Shown here piece by piece: positions 59,271 to 64,000 of a stretch of 64,000 nucleotides of DNA; within the stretch, counting starts at the first letter, position 1; each line of letters opens with the position of its first letter. The position numbers and the translations under genes were made by a program. The stretch lies in IMG/VR virus record IMGVR_UViG_3300025732_000016. One strand, given 5' to 3'. Below the pieces are notes generated by a model. That model was not told the origin of the DNA, did not search any database, and saw only the letters and a program-made list of their open reading frames with translations. This stretch comes from a virus (lineage: Duplodnaviria > Caudoviricetes).

Positions 59271-60857
59271 TCACCTGTAAAGCCAGGCAATGCCGGGAGG
59301 AACCGGTGCAGAAGGATCACTGCCAGGCTCTTCGTGAAGCTTGGCGTCGTAGGGTCTCGGAGTGAAGGGGTTACCAGTGAACATCGGAGGGGGACGAGCT
59401 GCGGGAGACTTGTTGACTCCGAACGCAGCCAGCATTCCTCTGTATGCGCTTGAATTGACCTTCTTCACCTCTCCGATTGTTGGCTCATAGAGAGTCCCCG
59501 CTATCGCAAGAGCGAGAACGAGGTCGTCATTGAACCCCTTCTGAGCTCTAGGGCTGTCTCCATACCAAACGAAAGTCCTGAGCTCGTCAAGGAGACGGGA
59601 AGAGTAGACCTTCATTGCTCCCGTTCTCAGATACTCCTCGAGCTTGGTGAGAGCAGCAGCGCGGCTTGGTCCTGATGTCGCAAACCCGAACTTCGCGACA
59701 GGTATGTCTATCGCATACTGGTAACGCTTGTCGTTGAGGTGGAGGTTCGGATAGCTAATGTCTCTCAACTTTGTTATCGTTGCGAAACCGTAGGTGTTAT
59801 TCTCTGGGCAAAGTAGCGCCTTGTTATAGCGTAATCCGACCTCACTCAGCAGAACGCCGAACTGGTCAGGAGGAATCTTACCCTTGAACTCGCAGACCTG
59901 CTCGGACTCATTTGTGTCAATCACATGGAAAGTCGAGTAGTCGTTAGAGTCACCGCGTGCGATGTCTGCTGAGATGACGTACTTGTGGTCAGGTAAAGCA
60001 TACTTCCACACCCACACTCCAGCCTCTGGTCCCCACTTCTCGATCGGGGTCCTCGCATTCATGCGAAGCCTCTCGAGGTCCTCTGCTCCGAGGAAAGTGT
60101 CGCCTGATGAGGCAAAGTCACAGAGGAGCTCCTGGGCTATCTGCTTCCTCGACATCTGGCGAGCCTCTTTCTCGAACCAATTCTGATCGCGCTCTGGGTG
60201 GACGTCCCACATGAGCTTGATGGGGTTGAAGTCAGAGATCTTGTTCTCGGCATCGATCCAGAGCTTGTGATACTGGTTACCGACACCGTTCGGTGTGCTA
60301 AGTATTATCGCTCCACCACCCGTCGACAGTGTGGGGTAGAGGCCCTTCCACAGCTCCTCGAAGTTCCTAATGAACGCAGCCTCGTCGATGATGAGCAGCG
60401 ACAGGGCTTCTGAACGACCGGCATCCTCTGAGGTGGGAACTGCCTTGATGATTGATCCGTTCGAGAACTCTATGCAAGTCCTCGTCTCGGAAGTGATCGT
60501 AGGAATGAGCAGCCAGGGAGGAAGAGAAGCGAGCATCGTCTTCACCTTCCTCACGAAGTTTGCAGCAGTCGCCATCTTCGTGGCGATGACAAGAATGTTC
60601 TTCTCCTTGTAGAAGATTGCCCTCCACAGCGAGAATGCGGCAGTGACGGTGGAGAGGCCGAGCTGCCTGCTCTTCAACACGATGTTGAAACGGTGCTTCA
60701 CAAACTCATTGACGCACATGTCTTGGAACGGGTATGTCTTGAACCCAATGAGACCCCTCTCAGGGTGGGTAATCTTCGTCCACTTGTTTATGAAGTGAAC
60801 GGGATCCTTCCCACATCTGATGATCTCATCGACCTGTGCGCTCTTGGAGACGGGCAT
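59271..60857 (-). CDS. terL: Terminase large subunit (gp17-like)
   Basis: KSRQLGLST, GRSEALSLLIIDEAAF, STPNG, ISADIARG, GFNDDLVLALAI. Confidence 0.95.
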   Translation of the reverse strand: MPVSKSAQVDEIIRCGKDPVHFINKWTKITHPERGLIGFKTYPFQDMCVNEFVKHRFNIVLKSRQLGLSTVTAAFSLWRAIFYKEKNILVIATKMATAANFVRKVKTMLASLPPWLLIPTITSETRTCIEFSNGSIIKAVPTSEDAGRSEALSLLIIDEAAFIRNFEELWKGLYPTLSTGGGAIILSTPNGVGNQYHKLWIDAENKISDFNPIKLMWDVHPERDQNWFEKEARQMSRKQIAQELLCDFASSGDTFLGAEDLERLRMNARTPIEKWGPEAGVWVWKYALPDHKYVISADIARGDSNDYSTFHVIDTNESEQVCEFKGKIPPDQFGVLLSEVGLRYNKALLCPENNTYGFATITKLRDISYPNLHLNDKRYQYAIDIPVAKFGFATSGPSRAAALTKLEEYLRTGAMKVYSSRLLDELRTFVWYGDSPRAQKGFNDDLVLALAIAGTLYEPTIGEVKKVNSSAYRGMLAAFGVNKSPAARPPPMFTGNPFTPRPYDAKLHEEPGSDPSAPVPPGIAWLYR

Positions 60858-61216
60858 TACGCCACCGAGATGAGCAGATGGTACCTGTAGTAAGCAACTC
60901 GACGGGGATTGTGGGCAGTCGCCTGGATGATCTCAATGTCATCTGACTCGTTGATGACCTTTGTCGTGAGGTCCTTCTTTGTGTAGCCCTTGTATTCCTT
61001 CGCGACTGTCTTCACAGCGTCCTTCAGCATTGCCTTCGCCCTATCGGCTTCTCTGGCAGTCTGGGCTCTAAACGATGCCTCACCCGCATAGTGAACGACG
61101 CAGGTGTAGCAGAGGTTGACCCTGTCGGTGCCGAGGATCTTTGATGTGATGGAAGTCGTGCCGTCCTTCGATCCCTTGCATGATTCGAGAGCCTGGCCGA
61201 GAGCATTGTAGTCCAT
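60857..61216 (-). CDS. Hypothetical protein (119 aa)
   Basis: GGAG SD, late motif upstream, TAATG coupling to terL. Confidence 0.75.
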   Translation of the reverse strand: MDYNALGQALESCKGSKDGTTSITSKILGTDRVNLCYTCVVHYAGEASFRAQTAREADRAKAMLKDAVKTVAKEYKGYTKKDLTTKVINESDDIEIIQATAHNPRRVAYYRYHLLISVA

Positions 61217-61234
61217 GTGAGTACTCCGTATCGA

Positions 61235-61241
61235 TAACTAT
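61235..61241 (-). promoter_or_regulatory. Putative late promoter ATAGTTA
   Basis: 18 nt before ATG 61216. Confidence 0.55.
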
Positions 61242-61538
61242 CTAGCGAGGAAAGAAGAGTCTCGAATCCCTGACAGAGATCACCGTTTGTTCATCAGGTC
61301 TCCACCCATCTGCCCACTTCTCCCTGTGCGGCTCGTAAAACTGCTGCTCGCAGCCTCTGCAACACCCTGTCCTCTCCATTGCCTCGATGTCGTACATGTC
61401 ACCGAGAGCAGAGTGACAGAGATTGCAGAAGGCTGCGAGCTTTGGCAGCCCAGAGCTAATTGTTCGGTACGGAATCAACGGCGCTAACGTGTGCGTCCGC
61501 TCCCCTCGTTGTGACCTCAATGAACCCGTCGACCGCAT
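61242..61538 (-). CDS. Small Zn-binding hypothetical protein (start uncertain)
   Basis: FCNLC...CCRGC...W..GWRP. Confidence 0.6.
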   Translation of the reverse strand: MRSTGSLRSQRGERTHTLAPLIPYRTISSGLPKLAAFCNLCHSALGDMYDIEAMERTGCCRGCEQQFYEPHREKWADGWRPDEQTVISVRDSRLFFPR

Positions 61539-64000
61539 CCTTCACCGCATCAACGTGAGAGATTACGAGGACAGTCTTGAAGAACCTCTTTAGGGAGTGC
61601 AGAAGCTTGTTGCATGCCTCCACATTCTGTTCGTCAAGGGCCCCGAAACCCTCATCGATGATGAGTATATCAGACTTCGGAAGGCATGAAATGTTAATCA
61701 GTGCGACACGAATGGCGAGCGATGAGAGCATCTTTTCCATGCCTGAGCCGAGCTCAATGGGTCGACGTGAGTCCCCGTAGTCGAGGTAGATGTCGAGGTC
61801 AGAGCCGCTGTCGTCAGTCTCAAGTGTGACGGTGAAACCAGTTACTCCTTGTAGGATCTTCGCGATCTCATCGTTGATGCGCGGAAGCTCATTCTTCACG
61901 ATCACCATCGGGATGCCGTCCTTGCCGTACGCAGCGAGGAGCTTCTCATAGAAGGCCCACTGGGACTTCACTTCAACGAGCCTCTTCTCCTCCTCGTCGA
62001 GGGTCCTCATCTTCTCTTGGGTGACAGCCTTCTTGCTGTTCGACTCAACGATAGAGTCTCTCTCAGTCTTGAGGAGTGACTCAACCTGCGTGAGCCTCCG
62101 GCGGTTGTTTGATGCAAGCTCGACCTCGGGAGAGTCAGTGAGGTGTGCCCTTGCGTGCTCAAGGTTTCCACGAAGCTCGATCACCTGTGCGGTAAACTTC
62201 TCAATGTTGCTCTTTGAGAGGGCGACCTTCGACTCGAAGTTGGTCTTCTCAGTAAGGAGAATCTTCTCTTTTGTCAGTGCATCGTTGTACTTGCGGACCT
62301 TCTCAGTCGCCTCCTCGATGTTGTTCGACTTCAGCGATCCCGCAATGACCTTCAGAGCCTCCTTGAGCTCGATGATCCTCGCCCTCTGCGACTCGATGAG
62401 CTTCTTGTCCTTGATCGAGTCCTTGATGAACTTGCAAGTGGGAAAGCTCTCACCGCACGGAACTTCGCTGAGCTTTGCCGCTGACTTCTCCTGCGCAGTG
62501 AGGACGATGTTCTCGCGATCGATGAGGTGACGAGTGTCAACGCTCTTCTTCTCGAGATTCGTGTGCTCGGCAATTCGAGCGTTCATCTCATCGATCGGGA
62601 ACTTGAGCTTGATCTGTTCAATCGCAGAGATCTTTCGGACGATCTCTGAGATCCTCTCCTCGCAATCTCTCAGGTTCTCCTTCTCGCTGTCGAGCTTCTC
62701 AGAGGCAGACCTCACCTTCATCTCAAGGTCTGCGATGTCCTTACTGGAGTAGCCCTGCACCGCAGCCACGTTCAGTAGCCTGCGACCGAGGTCCTCCCTC
62801 TCCTTCTCAAGCTCGAGGATCGAATTCTCTGATTCAGTGATCCTCTTGTCGCAGGACTCAACAGCGTTGAGGTACTCAGTCCTGAGAGACCTGAAGTTCC
62901 TTTCGGGCATCGTCTTGAGGACACCCTTCAGAGTCGCAGACTCCTCCTTCACCCTCCAGTGGAGGACATCGAGAACGTGGAGGTCGAGAAACCTCGAGAG
63001 GAGTGCCTTTCTGGACGTCGCCTTCTGGCGGATGAAGTTGTTCATCTCACCCTGTGCCGCGAAAGAGGTGAGAAGGAAGTCGTCGGCAGTTCCCACGAGG
63101 CTTCGGAGGACCTTCTCAGAGTCCTTCCTCTGCTCACCCGAGATGTCAGCAATGGGATCGCCGTTCTCATCGACTCGGAAGAGGTTGAGATGTGTCGCGG
63201 CGTGTACGTGTCCCTTCCTGTTTGTCGACTTCACGGTCTGGCGTTCAGCCCGGTACGGCACTCCGTCAACTCGAAATTCGACCGCAGCAGTGCAGTGTCC
63301 CTTCCTCGTGTTGACGATGTGGATGTTACTCAGGTTCCCTCGATCAGTGTTGTTGAAGAGGGCGTACATCGCAGTGCCAGGTATCGAGGACTTTCCGATC
63401 CTGTTCCTTCCAAAGAGGCCGACGACTCCCGTCAGGGCGTTGAAGTCGATAACGTTGTCCTTTCCGTACGAGAAAGTGTTCTCCCACTCGAGTTTGTCGA
63501 GAGTCCACTTCTGGTTGCGAACGACATCATCCTCTTCCTCGAGCCGACTGAGGTTCTTCTGGATAATCTCAACGTACTTGTCGATGTTCGGATCATCCTT
63601 CATGACCGAGGCCAGAAGCCCCCTGTGTGTCTCCACATCGCGAAGGCTCTTTCGAGTCGTATCAATGCGCTCATAGGACTTCGAGCGATCGATCTCATTC
63701 TCCCACTTCCAGACAATCTCATGAGCGTTGAGCTCTTCCTTGAGGAACGCCGCGAGCTGCTTGATCTCTTCCTGCAGGAGGGACTCGTTCGAAGAGATGC
63801 GGAAGCGAGTTCCCTTGCGTTGGTCTCTGAGAGAGTCGATGGTCTTCTCTACGTCGCCTTTCCATGAGACAGTGACATACGGGTGGGGAGTCTCAAGGAG
63901 CCTGCGCTCAACGTTGAAGTCATCGGGGCCAGAGATCTGCCAGAGCAGGTAACCCTTGTCCTGTGATTCTCCAAAGTTCTGTTGAATGGTCGAGCCAGGG
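61456..64000 (-). CDS. sbcC: Fused SbcD-SbcC (Mre11-Rad50, gp47-gp46-like) nuclease/ATPase, 5' partial
   Basis: Frame open from 63999 to 61456: PGSTIQQNFGE...KGYLLW (SbcD motif) joined to Walker A GRNRIGKSS, coiled coil, signature GSGME, Walker B IIDEGFGALD, H-loop VISH. Confidence 0.88.
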   Translation of the reverse strand, partial: PGSTIQQNFGESQDKGYLLWQISGPDDFNVERRLLETPHPYVTVSWKGDVEKTIDSLRDQRKGTRFRISSNESLLQEEIKQLAAFLKEELNAHEIVWKWENEIDRSKSYERIDTTRKSLRDVETHRGLLASVMKDDPNIDKYVEIIQKNLSRLEEEDDVVRNQKWTLDKLEWENTFSYGKDNVIDFNALTGVVGLFGRNRIGKSSIPGTAMYALFNNTDRGNLSNIHIVNTRKGHCTAAVEFRVDGVPYRAERQTVKSTNRKGHVHAATHLNLFRVDENGDPIADISGEQRKDSEKVLRSLVGTADDFLLTSFAAQGEMNNFIRQKATSRKALLSRFLDLHVLDVLHWRVKEESATLKGVLKTMPERNFRSLRTEYLNAVESCDKRITESENSILELEKEREDLGRRLLNVAAVQGYSSKDIADLEMKVRSASEKLDSEKENLRDCEERISEIVRKISAIEQIKLKFPIDEMNARIAEHTNLEKKSVDTRHLIDRENIVLTAQEKSAAKLSEVPCGESFPTCKFIKDSIKDKKLIESQRARIIELKEALKVIAGSLKSNNIEEATEKVRKYNDALTKEKILLTEKTNFESKVALSKSNIEKFTAQVIELRGNLEHARAHLTDSPEVELASNNRRRLTQVESLLKTERDSIVESNSKKAVTQEKMRTLDEEEKRLVEVKSQWAFYEKLLAAYGKDGIPMVIVKNELPRINDEIAKILQGVTGFTVTLETDDSGSDLDIYLDYGDSRRPIELGSGMEKMLSSLAIRVALINISCLPKSDILIIDEGFGALDEQNVEACNKLLHSLKRFFKTVLVISHVDAVKDAVDGFIEVTTRGADAHVSAVDSVPNN

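Noticed and set aside
1-64000. Giant eukaryotic virus origin suggested by MBD4, NEIL1-like, GSII and Mre11-Rad50 fusion
   Set aside because: T4-like portal, terminase, HK97-fold capsid, contractile tail, peptidoglycan endolysin, SD sequences and overlapping operons indicate a bacteriophage
1-64000. Stop-codon reassignment as seen in some large phages
   Set aside because: TAG (e.g. 3616, 22741), TGA and TAA all end full-length genes at sensible boundaries
1-64000. tRNAs, CRISPR arrays, introns, inteins, transposases, diversity-generating retroelements
   Set aside because: None recognised by eye; RNR, terminase, helicase and RecA have normal lengths. tRNAscan-SE and cmscan were not run

Overview
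64 kb internal segment of a large T4-like (Caudoviricetes, contractile-tailed) bacteriophage genome. Every supported gene is on the minus strand, densely packed, standard code 11. Reading in transcription direction (high to low coordinates): fused SbcD-SbcC (Mre11-Rad50) nuclease (partial), large terminase, portal, prohead protease, scaffold, major capsid protein, neck/tail-completion proteins, two tail sheaths, tail tube, tail chaperone G/T, tape measure, baseplate proteins, then a minimal family A polymerase, degenerate HD protein, gp32-like SSB, RecA, 5'-3' exonuclease, DnaB helicase, class II ribonucleotide reductase, ClpP, glutamine synthetase II, ThyX, M15 endolysin, MBD4-like and Nei-like glycosylases, FkbM methyltransferase, dUTPase-like protein, fibre-like virion proteins, a J-domain protein, a Pol-beta-like nucleotidyltransferase and a calcineurin-like phosphoesterase (partial). 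No tRNA, rRNA, CRISPR array, intron, intein or mobile element was recognised. Most notable: a family of about nine proteins sharing capsid-targeting-like termini (including two putative enzymes), a probable +1 frameshift in the tail chaperone, a structured intercistronic RNA sharing motifs with a second leader, a eukaryote/giant-virus-like base-excision-repair set with a minimal PolA, a nested start in the scaffold gene, and two promoter classes with several leaderless genes. All product calls come from motif recognition by eye; no database search was run.
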